Origin: an uncultured Eubacteriales bacterium | GTDB taxonomy: Bacteria > Bacillota > Clostridia > Oscillospirales > Butyricicoccaceae | Assembly (NCBI GenBank): GCA_905199135.1 | Contig: CAJKFC010000020.1 | Coordinates: 1 to 22,754, forward strand | Length of the DNA: 22,754 nucleotides | Direction: 5' to 3' | Shown: positions 8,063-16,005 of the stretch, one piece after another | How positions within the stretch are numbered: the stretch's first letter is position 1 | Layout: each line of letters opens with the position of its first letter | Notes under the pieces: model-generated | Databases searched by the model: none | Told to the model about the DNA's origin: nothing | The model's input: the letters and a program-made list of their open reading frames with translations, nothing else | Position numbers and translations under genes: made by a program

Positions 8063-8371
8063 TTATACTCGGCAATAGGTGCCGCACTCGGCGTTTTTAC
8101 CGCAGGGGCAGAGCTTGATGCTGATTTCCTTTGCCTCGCATTTTCCTGTGCAGTTGTGCATACACTCATATGCGCCGCAGCTCATGATTTCTGTGGCTGG
8201 CGTTGCCATGCCGCTCTGAGCCATGTTATAAGGGCTGCCGCTCTTTTCCATGTAGGAGGCGCACTTTGTGTTCATCTCACCTGTCTCTTTGTCGACGGTT
8301 ATCGAGTTAAGTCTGCAAAAGCCGCTGTCGTAATGGGCGCAGCAATCTGCGTTGCATGTCAGTTGTTTCAT
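8063..8371 (-). CDS. DUF1540-like Cys-rich protein (102 aa)
   Basis: MKQLTCNADCCAHYDSGFCRLNSITVDKETGEMNTKCASYMEKS...IMSCGAYECMHNCTGKCEAKEISIKLCPCGKNAECGTYCRV. There are two repeats of a C..C..N/H..G.C motif, as in DUF1540 proteins of spore formers. AAAGGAGAAAAAGT precedes the ATG at 8371. The longer 211-aa ORF to 8698 has no RBS and overlaps the divergent promoter. Confidence 0.55.
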   Translation of the reverse strand: MKQLTCNADCCAHYDSGFCRLNSITVDKETGEMNTKCASYMEKSGSPYNMAQSGMATPATEIMSCGAYECMHNCTGKCEAKEISIKLCPCGKNAECGTYCRV

Positions 8372-8433
8372 ACTTTTTCTCCTTTTCTGAGTTTTCAAAG
8401 ATATTTTGCCCTCAAAAATGATTAAAAATACCA

Positions 8434-8462
8434 TTGACAAAATTTTATTTTTGTGATAGAGT
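8434..8462 (+). promoter_or_regulatory. Sigma-A type promoter of the sdpR-like operon
   Basis: TTGACA (8434-8439), a 17-nt spacer, and an extended -10 TGaTAGAGT (8454-8462). Confidence 0.6.
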
Positions 8463-8463
8463 G

Positions 8464-8493
8464 TATTTAGATATTTAGACAAATATCTAAATA
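8464..8493. promoter_or_regulatory. Perfect 13-4-13 inverted repeat operator (TATTTAGATATTT-AGAC-AAATATCTAAATA) overlapping +1
   Basis: Read directly from the sequence. The half-sites are exact reverse complements. It lies between the -10 and the AAGGAGG RBS of the ArsR-family gene, which is typical of an autorepressor site. Confidence 0.7.
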
Positions 8494-8507
8494 AAGGAGG
8501 AATAAAT

Positions 8508-8789
8508 ATGGGTAAAGCCTGGTCTGCACTTTCCGACGGCACAAGAAGGCGAATACTTTCGCTTTTGCACTCAAAGGACATGACGGCAGGCGAAATAGCC
8601 GAACATTTCGACATCTCAAAGCCATCTATAAGCCACCATCTCAATGTATTAAAGGAGGCCGAGCTGGTATCCTGTGAGAAAAAGGGGCAGAATGTCATCT
8701 ATTCCATAAACACTACCGTCCTTCAGGACATAATGGGCTTTTTCATGGGCCTTTTAAAGGAGGAAAACGACGATGAAAAAAAGTTATAG
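8508..8789 (+). CDS. ArsR/SmtB-family transcriptional repressor, SdpR-like (93 aa)
   Basis: Winged HTH: RRRILSLLHSKDMTAGEIAEHFDISKPSISHHLNVLKEAELV. AAGGAGG lies 7 nt upstream. It overlaps the downstream membrane-protein gene by 17 nt. Confidence 0.8.
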   Translation: MGKAWSALSDGTRRRILSLLHSKDMTAGEIAEHFDISKPSISHHLNVLKEAELVSCEKKGQNVIYSINTTVLQDIMGFFMGLLKEENDDEKKL

Positions 8790-9453
8790 CATACTTATCG
8801 GAGTGATGGTCATAAATCTCATTGTCATGACAGTCCTGTTTTTGAGACTGCCCGACACAGTGCCCACCAACATGGGTTTTGACAACACTGTGCAGGCCAT
8901 GGGCTCAAAATACACCTTTCTGATGCTTCCCGTCATAGCTCTTGCGGTGCCCCTCTTTATTCTGGGCTACCGCCGCATATCGAAAACCGGAGCCACCACG
9001 GCAAACCCCAAATATGACGCTGTGATACTCTACGCCACATCGGCTCTGCTTATCATCATGTGCTGTTTCACATACCTCATCGCCTCCAGCGGCGCACAGC
9101 TCGGAGACAAAATCAACATATCGGTAGACCTCATCTTCGGCGTGCCCTTCGGCATATTCTGCATGATATTCGGCAACTTTTCCGCCAGAATCAAGCACAA
9201 TTTCTATCTGGGCATACGCACTCCCTGGACTCTTATGGACCCCGTCATATGGTCAAAGACCCACAGATTGGGCGGCTATCTGGCCTTCGCAGGCGGCGCG
9301 GTCATGGTGATCTTCTCGATAGTGGGCTACCTTACAAGCAATTCGGTCTATACCTTCTCGGGACTTATGGCCTGCGTACTTCTCATGGCGCTGGTGCCTT
9401 CGATATACTCTTTCATTCTGTATGTCAAAATGCAGAGGTCGAAAAACAGCTGA
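8773..9453 (+). CDS. SdpI/YhfL-family membrane protein (DUF1648 + SdpI-like, 226 aa)
   Basis: It has 5-6 TM helices and the SdpI-family signature NFYLGIRTPWTLMDPVIWSKTHRLGG. It forms a two-gene operon with the ArsR-family regulator, as in sdpR-sdpI. Confidence 0.7.
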   Translation: MKKSYSILIGVMVINLIVMTVLFLRLPDTVPTNMGFDNTVQAMGSKYTFLMLPVIALAVPLFILGYRRISKTGATTANPKYDAVILYATSALLIIMCCFTYLIASSGAQLGDKINISVDLIFGVPFGIFCMIFGNFSARIKHNFYLGIRTPWTLMDPVIWSKTHRLGGYLAFAGGAVMVIFSIVGYLTSNSVYTFSGLMACVLLMALVPSIYSFILYVKMQRSKNS

Positions 9454-9454
9454 G

Positions 9455-9487
9455 AAAAAGCGGAGCGAATGCTCCGCTTTTATTTTT
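9455..9487. terminator. Bidirectional rho-independent terminator
   Basis: AAAA, then the stem GCGGAGC / GCTCCGC with loop GAAT, then TTTTATTTTT. It is shared by the convergent sdpI-like and MFS genes. Confidence 0.8.
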
Positions 9488-10691
9488 ACATATCTTCGTA
9501 GACCGTCTTGGGTACAAAAAGACTTATGAAGAATATTACCGCCCCCACAAAAGACAGGGCTGCGCAGAAGAGTATCGAGGGGTATATTCCCACATTTGCT
9601 ATCATAAACCCTCCCAAAAGGTTGCCTGCCACCGCCGACACCGCGCCGACGCAGGAGTTTGATATGGTGAGGGCCGTCGTCGTTATCTTTCTCGGGGTTA
9701 TGGTAGACATATAGTAGAGCACCGTCGGTATATACACTCCGTAGGATATGCCCTGGGTCAGCTGCGCCGCCTGAAGCCAGAATACATTGGGGGCGAAATA
9801 CATGGACAGGTTTCTCACGGTGAACATGGACAGGGCGAAGAGCATTATGAGATCCACCCTTATCTTTTTTGAATACTTTACAAATCCCAGCACAAACGGT
9901 ATCTCACTCAGAGCCATGAGGAATATTCCCGTGCCCATCTGCCCCACCGTGCCGTTATTGACTTCGATAAGTATGGGGTAAAAACTGCTTATAAATCTCA
10001 TACCTGTGTTTATAAACATATATCCTATTATAAACATCATATATTTCCTGTTTTTGGAAAGCAGGGCAAAGGCTCTCGGCATGGAAATTCTCTTTTCGCC
10101 CTCTTTTGCCTTTTTGTTTTCACATGCCACCGCCGAGGTGGGGAAAATCACAAGCACCGTCACAACGAGCAGCACGGCGTGGACGATAAACATATTCTCT
10201 ATGCCTATTCTGTCAAAAACCTTTCCGAAAATCAAAGCGGCGGCGGCATAGCCGAAGCTGCCGCAGGAACGGACGACACCGTAGCTTATGCCGCCCGTCT
10301 TTTCCTGAAGTCTCACTCCCCACATGTCGATGAGGGGAAATCCGGGATATTCCAGCACCGACAGCAGCACCACCGATGAAAGCGCCATAAAGGGCACAGA
10401 CACCGTCCAGGGCAGCACAAATCCCAAAGGCACCGACAGCGCCGAAATGCCGAGCATTATGTATTTGACAGGCACATAGGTCTCGCTTACATAGCCGAAA
10501 ATCGGCTGAGTAACCATGTTTATAAGGGCGCACAGGGTCATCACCACCCCGATAAAATCCGACTGATATCCCATGTGGCTGAGATAGGACACTATAAAGC
10601 CGAAATAGAGACAGTAGGCGGCATTGTAGAACAGAAATACAAGCGGCAAAAATATTCGGTTTTTATCTTTTTTCATGGTGAAACCCCACAT
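9486..10691 (-). CDS. MFS transporter (about 396-401 aa; the start is either ATG 10691 or ATG 10676)
   Basis: Twelve predicted TM helices. It has the MFS motif region GYVSETYVPVKYIMLGISA and a second 6-TM half. Neither candidate start has a strong RBS. Confidence 0.75.
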   Translation of the reverse strand: MWGFTMKKDKNRIFLPLVFLFYNAAYCLYFGFIVSYLSHMGYQSDFIGVVMTLCALINMVTQPIFGYVSETYVPVKYIMLGISALSVPLGFVLPWTVSVPFMALSSVVLLSVLEYPGFPLIDMWGVRLQEKTGGISYGVVRSCGSFGYAAAALIFGKVFDRIGIENMFIVHAVLLVVTVLVIFPTSAVACENKKAKEGEKRISMPRAFALLSKNRKYMMFIIGYMFINTGMRFISSFYPILIEVNNGTVGQMGTGIFLMALSEIPFVLGFVKYSKKIRVDLIMLFALSMFTVRNLSMYFAPNVFWLQAAQLTQGISYGVYIPTVLYYMSTITPRKITTTALTISNSCVGAVSAVAGNLLGGFMIANVGIYPSILFCAALSFVGAVIFFISLFVPKTVYEDM

Positions 10692-10791
10692 ATTTTACAT
10701 TTTTGTAACAGTTTATCACATTTTATGTCACCTGTCAATGAGCAGCGCCGTGTTAATTTCGTGTTAAATAAAAATTTATATCAAAAAACTC

Positions 10792-10820
10792 TTTATTCTT
10801 TTAAAGTTAAATGATATAAT
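10792..10820 (+). promoter_or_regulatory. Promoter of pyk with an extended -10
   Basis: TGaTATAAT at 10812-10820 and a weak -35 TTTATT 17 nt upstream. AGGAGG lies 8 nt before the ATG at 10874. Confidence 0.5.
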
Positions 10821-10873
10821 ATATGTGTAAACGAAGGTAAAAAAATTAACTCAACCCGCAGGAGGTAAGAGAA

Positions 10874-12304
10874 ATGCAAATGAGAAAAACAAAGATTATC
10901 TGCACCTTAGGCCCCGCCACAGACGACAAGAATGTCCTCAAGGCCCTTATGGAAAACGGCATGAATGTGGCAAGGCTCAATTTCAGCCACGGCACACAGG
11001 AGGAGCAGCTTAAAAGAATAGACGCCGTAAAGGAGTGCCGCGAGGTTCTCTCCCTTCCCGTCGCCATACTTCTGGACACGAGAGGCCCCGAGATAAGGCT
11101 CAAGACCTTTAAGGACAACAAGATTTCCCTCAAAGAGGGCGATACATTTACACTGACTACCCGCGATGTGGAAGGCACAGAAAAAGAGTGCGCCGTGTCC
11201 TATGACAAGCTTCCCCAGAATGTGGCCGTCGGCACAAGAATTCTCATAGACGACGGTCTCGTCGAGCTGAGAGCCGACGAAGTCACCGATACCGATATAA
11301 TCTGCACCGTCATGAACGGCGGCGAGCTTTCCAACAGAAAGTCCATCAACATTCCTGGCGTCCGCATCAACATGGAATACATCAACGAAAAGGACAAGGC
11401 AGACATTATCTTCGGCATCAAGAACGGCATAGATTTTGTTGCCGCATCCTTTGTCAGAACAAAAGAGGACGCTCTGGAGATAAGAAAGCTCCTCGATGAA
11501 AACGGCGGCAAGGACATAGAGATAATCGCCAAGATAGAAAATCACGAGGGCGTTCAGAACGCCGAGGCAATTCTCAAGGTCTGCGACGGCATCATGGTTG
11601 CAAGAGGAGACTTGGGCGTCGAGGTTCCCTTTGAGGAGCTTCCGAGAATCCAGAAAGACCTCACAACTCTTTGCCTTAAGATGGGCAAAAAGTGCATAAC
11701 GGCAACGCAGATGCTTGACTCCATGATCAAAAATCCCCGTCCCACAAGGGCAGAGGTCTCCGATGTGGCAAACGCCGTATATGACGGCACATCGGCTGTA
11801 ATGCTTTCGGGGGAGACGAGCGTCGGTCTCTACCCTGTTCAGACCATCAAGACCATGGTCAGAATAGTGAGAAATGTCGAGAAGAACCTCAACTACCGCG
11901 ACCAGAGCTTCGGCAAGAACTATGACGCCAAGGACATCACATCGGCTATATCCCACGGCACTGTAAGCTCGGCTCACGATTTGGGCGCCAGCGCCATAAT
12001 CGCCATAACAACCTCGGGCTACACAGCCAAGATGGTTTCGGCATACCGCCCCGCACCCATGATCATTGGCGGCACCAGCAACAGAAGAGTATATCACAAG
12101 CTGGCTCTCTCCTGGGGCGTTGTTCCCATGATGATGGCCATGAAAACCGAGAGTGAGGCTCTTTGGGGCGCAGTTCTTCTCAAGGCCGAGCAGATGGGCT
12201 ACATCAGAAAGGACGACATTGTCGTTCTGACAGCAGGTCTCCCCATCGGCATCCCCGGCACGACAAACACCCTGAGAATAGTCAAGGTTGGCGCAGACGA
12301 ATAA
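10874..12304 (+). CDS. pyk: Pyruvate kinase (476 aa, no C-terminal PEP-utilizer domain)
   Basis: MQMRKTKIICTLGPATDDKNVLKALMENGMNVARLNFSHG. Further motifs are MVARGDLGVE and the C-terminal regulatory domain. It has a strong RBS. Confidence 0.9.
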   Translation: MQMRKTKIICTLGPATDDKNVLKALMENGMNVARLNFSHGTQEEQLKRIDAVKECREVLSLPVAILLDTRGPEIRLKTFKDNKISLKEGDTFTLTTRDVEGTEKECAVSYDKLPQNVAVGTRILIDDGLVELRADEVTDTDIICTVMNGGELSNRKSINIPGVRINMEYINEKDKADIIFGIKNGIDFVAASFVRTKEDALEIRKLLDENGGKDIEIIAKIENHEGVQNAEAILKVCDGIMVARGDLGVEVPFEELPRIQKDLTTLCLKMGKKCITATQMLDSMIKNPRPTRAEVSDVANAVYDGTSAVMLSGETSVGLYPVQTIKTMVRIVRNVEKNLNYRDQSFGKNYDAKDITSAISHGTVSSAHDLGASAIIAITTSGYTAKMVSAYRPAPMIIGGTSNRRVYHKLALSWGVVPMMMAMKTESEALWGAVLLKAEQMGYIRKDDIVVLTAGLPIGIPGTTNTLRIVKVGADE

Positions 12305-12311
12305 GTCTTTT

Positions 12312-12344
12312 CAAAAGGACGGCAAAAGCCGTCCTTTTCCTTTT
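12312..12344 (+). terminator. Rho-independent terminator 1 after pyk
   Basis: Stem AGGACGGC / GCCGTCCT with loop AAAA, then TTTCCTTTT. Confidence 0.75.
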
Positions 12345-12345
12345 G

Positions 12346-12376
12346 CTCTCCGCAGGCTGCGGAGAGTTATTTTTTG
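12346..12376 (+). terminator. Rho-independent terminator 2 after pyk (tandem)
   Basis: Stem CTCTCCGCA / TGCGGAGAG with loop GGC, then TTATTTTTTG. Confidence 0.75.
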
Positions 12377-12385
12377 CAAAAATAC

Positions 12386-12414
12386 TTGACAATGTCGATA
12401 TTCGAGAATATAAT
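12386..12414 (+). promoter_or_regulatory. Consensus sigma-A promoter of the padR operon
   Basis: TTGACA (12386-12391), a 17-nt spacer, and TATAAT (12409-12414). All 12 positions match the consensus. Confidence 0.7.
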
Positions 12415-12444
12415 ATAAGCAAGAATTGTCGATATTCGAGAATA
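12393..12444 (+). repeat. Two perfect 18-bp direct repeats, TGTCGATATTCGAGAATA (12393-12410 and 12427-12444). They are putative PadR operators.
   Basis: Read directly. Copy 1 fills the -35/-10 spacer and overlaps the -10. Copy 2 lies between +1 and the RBS. Each contains the near-palindrome TCGATATTCGA. Confidence 0.6.
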
Positions 12445-12456
12445 GGAGGCATGACG

Positions 12457-12774
12457 ATGCCGAGACCTAAATTTCAAACGCTGACCGAGCAGATGTATTA
12501 TGTTTTGCTGTGCCTCACCGAAGAGTGCTGCGGCATGGACATAATGGACAAAATACCCGCCGTGACAGAGGGCCGCGTCAAGGTGGGCTCGGGTACGCTT
12601 TACAATCTTTTGGAGCAGTTTTCCGAAAGCGGCATGATAAAAATGACCAGAGCCGAGGGACGAAAACGCAGCTACATCATCACAGACAAGGGCAGAGAGA
12701 TACTGAAAGCCGAGTACACCCGTCTCAACACCCTTGCCGAGGACTACCGCCGCATAACAAAAGAGGAGGTCTGA
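12457..12774 (+). CDS. PadR-family transcriptional regulator (105 aa)
   Basis: MPRPKFQTLTEQMYYVLLCL...GSGTLYNLLEQFSESGMIKMTRAEGRKRSYIITDKGREIL, a PadR winged helix. AGGAGG lies 7 nt upstream of the ATG at 12457. The ORF-track start at 12163 spans the pyk terminators and is rejected. Confidence 0.8.
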   Translation: MPRPKFQTLTEQMYYVLLCLTEECCGMDIMDKIPAVTEGRVKVGSGTLYNLLEQFSESGMIKMTRAEGRKRSYIITDKGREILKAEYTRLNTLAEDYRRITKEEV

Positions 12775-12775
12775 C

Positions 12776-14098
12776 ATGAAAAACAAGAAATTTGAGCTTA
12801 GCCTTTTTTCCTTTTACGACATCACAGGCATGACACGGCATCTTGAGCAGATGGCTCAAAAGGGCTGGATGATAGATAAAATTTCCAATTTCGGCTGGCA
12901 TTACCGCAAAACCGAGCCGCAAAAACTCCGTTTTACCGTGTCATATTTCCCCCACGGCTCTCCTTTTGACCCCGAACCTTCTCAGGAGCAGCTATCCTTT
13001 CAGGATTTCTGCGTGCACTCGGGCTGGAAACTGGCCGCATCTTTGGGTCAGCTCCAGATATTTTACAACGAGGATATGGACGCTGTGCCCATAGAGACCG
13101 ACCCCAACATGGAAATCGAGATGATAAAAAAGCAGGCCAAAAGGGTCTTATGGGCCGAATATATGTATCTCGCCTTTGGTATTTTCATGGGCGTCTCCTT
13201 TGTCGCTTCCGTTTTCAATAATCCCCTCGATGTGCTGTCAAACCCCGCGTCGATTTTCTCGGGGCTATGCTGGCTGATGATTTTCATCTACATGTCGGCC
13301 GACCTGATAAAGTACTATTCATGGCTTAAAAAAGCAAAAAAAGCCGCCGAAAACGGCGAATTTGCCGAGACAAAGAGCGGCAGCCGCAAGGTTATAATCG
13401 GCGTGCTGATCGTATTTATACTTGGCTTTGCCTATTTCCTGACAGCGGCAAGACAGCCCTATCTGAGGCTTATTACCCTGCTGATGCTTGCGGCAATGGT
13501 ATTTTCCCTGTTTGTCTCCATGACGGTGACAAAACTGCTCAAAAAGAAAAAGGTGGCCGCAAAGACCAACCTGAAAGCCACGGTGTTCACAAGTTTTATC
13601 GTCAGCTTTATTCTTCTCAACACAATCACATGGATAGCCGTCGGACAGTCGATGGCAGGCAGCGACAACGCACCCTACTCCGAGCCCCCCGTGAGAATCG
13701 AAACTCTTTTGGGCACAGAGCAGAACAGCGGCTATATATGCGGCTACTATTCCTCTGCCTCGATCTTCGTCACCGAGGAGAATTACAGCCAGAGGAGAGA
13801 TTTTTCGGTAAAGACCGACCTGCCTTCCCTCTACACCACCGTGTGGGACATTCACATGCCGTTTCTGTATGATTTCTGCCTGAAATCGGCCTTTGACAAT
13901 AGGGATATCGGCGAAGACGGCGAGTATATAAAAGCCGACTTTGAACATAACGGCGTAGACTTATACTGCCTGACCGACGGCTTTGAGATTCAGAATGTAT
14001 ATCTCCTTTGCAGAAAAGGCCGTATAGTCAAGCTTTCGGGCGACTTTGAAATGACAAACGACATGCTGATAACGGCGGCCGACGCCCTTTTTGAATGA
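12776..14098 (+). CDS. DUF2812-like membrane protein with a long C-terminal extension (440 aa)
   Basis: The N-terminus KKFELSLFSFYDITGMTRHLEQMAQKGWMIDKISNFGWHY resembles the DUF2812 domain usually encoded next to PadR. Central TM helices follow. A C-terminal domain of about 150 aa is predicted to be extracytoplasmic. The start is 1 nt after the padR stop. Confidence 0.65.
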   Translation: MKNKKFELSLFSFYDITGMTRHLEQMAQKGWMIDKISNFGWHYRKTEPQKLRFTVSYFPHGSPFDPEPSQEQLSFQDFCVHSGWKLAASLGQLQIFYNEDMDAVPIETDPNMEIEMIKKQAKRVLWAEYMYLAFGIFMGVSFVASVFNNPLDVLSNPASIFSGLCWLMIFIYMSADLIKYYSWLKKAKKAAENGEFAETKSGSRKVIIGVLIVFILGFAYFLTAARQPYLRLITLLMLAAMVFSLFVSMTVTKLLKKKKVAAKTNLKATVFTSFIVSFILLNTITWIAVGQSMAGSDNAPYSEPPVRIETLLGTEQNSGYICGYYSSASIFVTEENYSQRRDFSVKTDLPSLYTTVWDIHMPFLYDFCLKSAFDNRDIGEDGEYIKADFEHNGVDLYCLTDGFEIQNVYLLCRKGRIVKLSGDFEMTNDMLITAADALFE

Positions 14099-14118
14099 CA
14101 AATACCTTTAAAACTGCC

Positions 14119-14151
14119 GAAAGGCGGCGGAATTGCTCCGCCGCCTTTTTC
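14119..14151. terminator. Bidirectional rho-independent terminator
   Basis: Stem GGCGGCGGA / TCCGCCGCC with loop ATTGC, followed by TTTTT. It sits between the convergent DUF2812 and Sel1 genes. Confidence 0.75.
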
Positions 14152-14159
14152 TGCGTCTT

Positions 14160-15704
14160 TTAACTTCTTATTTTTGTATTGGCATAGCGGTCAAACCAGT
14201 ATGTGGATTTTTCCTTGTCTTTTTCCACGCCATTTCCGAACATATAAATGATTGCACACTGATGCATGGCGTCCGTATGTCCCTGATCGGCAGATTTTTC
14301 ATACCGGTAGAGAGCTCTTGCGGGATCTTCCGATGTGCCAAGACCTTTGTAATATATTTCGCCGCACATGAACTGAGCCTCTCTGTCTCCTTCCGCTGCA
14401 AAGTCGAGCCATATGTCGAGGGCGCTTTCATAATCCTTTTTATCAAAGGCATTTTGCGCATCGTCCGCCCAAGCAGACCTTTCCTTCTCCATATTGTCCG
14501 CCATGCCGTCGATAAGCTCAAACTCATCGGAAGTCTCTTCGGCTTTCTTATACCACATCATGGCTTTATCAAAGTCGGCATCTATTCCCCTGCCTGAATA
14601 ATACATGTTGCCCAGCATTCTCATAGCTTTGGAATATCCCTGCTGCGCCGCCTGTTTCGCGTAACTGAAAGCGGCAGCTGTATCTTTCTCCGACCATCTG
14701 CCGTGAAGGTACATATATCCCATCTCATACTGAGCCAGCGGATTGCCGAAATCGGCGCTTTTTATTATCTGCATAATACCTTTGAGCTCGTCTTTTTCCG
14801 TGCCTTCCCCTCTGCACATCATTCTGCCCATGTACAGCTGTGCCATGCTGTTGTCCTGAGCGGCGGCTCTCGAAAACCATCTGAAAGCCTTCTCCTTATT
14901 TTTTTCGGTGCCTGTGCCCTGAATATACATCTCTCCGCACCTCGTCTGCGCCGAAGCCTCTCCCAGCTCGGCGGCTTTCAGGTAGAGTTCAAGGGCGGTC
15001 TCATACATACCCTGCTCATAGGCTTCGTCGGCATCTGAAAGTATCCTTTTGAGTTTGTCCATAGCATCCGCCAGATACGCCAGAACTCCGCAGATGTATT
15101 CGGGGTCGTAATGACAGCGCACCTCCATGGTTTTTCCGTCCTCATAGGTCAGCCTGACATTGTCTTTTCCGCATAATTCCGCCTTTTTCAATCCCTCGAG
15201 GGCAACAGGCTGTTTCCATTGGTGGCTGTACAGGGCGTCCGCACTGAAAAGGTAGCCCTTCTTTCCCGAATTGGTCAGAGTGGTGTCCATTATGATTCTT
15301 CCGTCACCTTCGTCCATGCCGGGAGCGATGTATTTCGCCGCATTTGAACGGAATACGGTCATGTATTTCGCAGGGGCAAATCCGCTTTTATTTCTGTTCT
15401 TTTTTACGGCGCCCGAGGCAAAACCAAATACCTCGACGCTGTATTTGACCTTTCCCAAAGGCTTTCCGACCTTTCTCTTCAGTTTTTGAGGGTTTTTCTC
15501 CCTCTCCGCAGCGGCAATTTCCGCTATGGCGTTAAGCACGGCGCAGATGTACTGTCCCTGATAGCATTTCTCCTCAATGGTCCCTCCGCCTTTATATGTA
15601 AGGCGGATATATCCGCCCTTGCTTTCATGTATCTCGGCTTTTTCAAGCTCCGCAAGCGGTATAGGGTCGTGATTGAGCTGATCATATAAAGTCATATAAA
15701 GCAT
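14160..15704 (-). CDS. Sel1-repeat (SLR/TPR-like) protein with a duplicated N-terminal module (514 aa)
   Basis: The C-terminal about 300 aa carry at least 7 Sel1-like repeats (A.AQ..LG.MY..G.G..KD...A..W..KAA). The N-terminus holds two copies of a ~50-aa module: PIPLAELEKAEIHESKGGYIRLTYKGGGTIEEKCYQGQYICAVLNAIAE and QPVALEGLKKAELCGKDNVRLTYEDGKTMEVRCHYDPEYICGVLAYLAD. The start region has only a weak RBS. Confidence 0.75.
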   Translation of the reverse strand: MLYMTLYDQLNHDPIPLAELEKAEIHESKGGYIRLTYKGGGTIEEKCYQGQYICAVLNAIAEIAAAEREKNPQKLKRKVGKPLGKVKYSVEVFGFASGAVKKNRNKSGFAPAKYMTVFRSNAAKYIAPGMDEGDGRIIMDTTLTNSGKKGYLFSADALYSHQWKQPVALEGLKKAELCGKDNVRLTYEDGKTMEVRCHYDPEYICGVLAYLADAMDKLKRILSDADEAYEQGMYETALELYLKAAELGEASAQTRCGEMYIQGTGTEKNKEKAFRWFSRAAAQDNSMAQLYMGRMMCRGEGTEKDELKGIMQIIKSADFGNPLAQYEMGYMYLHGRWSEKDTAAAFSYAKQAAQQGYSKAMRMLGNMYYSGRGIDADFDKAMMWYKKAEETSDEFELIDGMADNMEKERSAWADDAQNAFDKKDYESALDIWLDFAAEGDREAQFMCGEIYYKGLGTSEDPARALYRYEKSADQGHTDAMHQCAIIYMFGNGVEKDKEKSTYWFDRYANTKIRS

Positions 15705-16005
15705 CTACGCCCAACAGACAGCCGCTCATGCCCGAATGATTGGCGCTTGTGTCCATCAGGCGACTGCGTCCTTTTCACTGCACAGGTACGCATAGCTTTT
15801 TATGGCGTTTCTGATTATTTTCGTCTCTACCGTTTCGGCAGGCACAAAATAATAGCTGCTGTCTCCGCGGAAAACCTTCTCGATTGCCTGCAAAATTATA
15901 TCTCTCATATTTTCATACCCCGTCGTACAATTTTTACTGCGGATAAATTTCCGCAGACGAATACGGCACGGCTTGCGCCGCACCGTTTCGCAAAACATTT
16001 TTTAT

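Noticed and set aside
8063-8698. Long version (211 aa) of the minus-strand ORF upstream of the DUF1540-like gene
   Set aside because: The N-terminal extension runs through the divergent promoter and operator and into the ArsR-family gene on the other strand. A strong RBS and the conserved Cys-rich domain begin at the internal ATG at 8371.
10907-12097. Minus-strand ORF of 396 aa
   Set aside because: It is antisense to pyruvate kinase. Its composition is Gly/Ala/Val-rich and low-complexity, which is typical of a shadow ORF.
12163-12456. N-terminal part of the plus-strand ORF 12163..12774 (203 aa)
   Set aside because: The extension spans the last 140 nt of pyk, both pyk terminators and the padR promoter. 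The real padR start is the ATG at 12457, which has an AGGAGG.
13319-13948. Minus-strand ORF of 209 aa
   Set aside because: It is antisense to the DUF2812-like gene and has no supporting signals.
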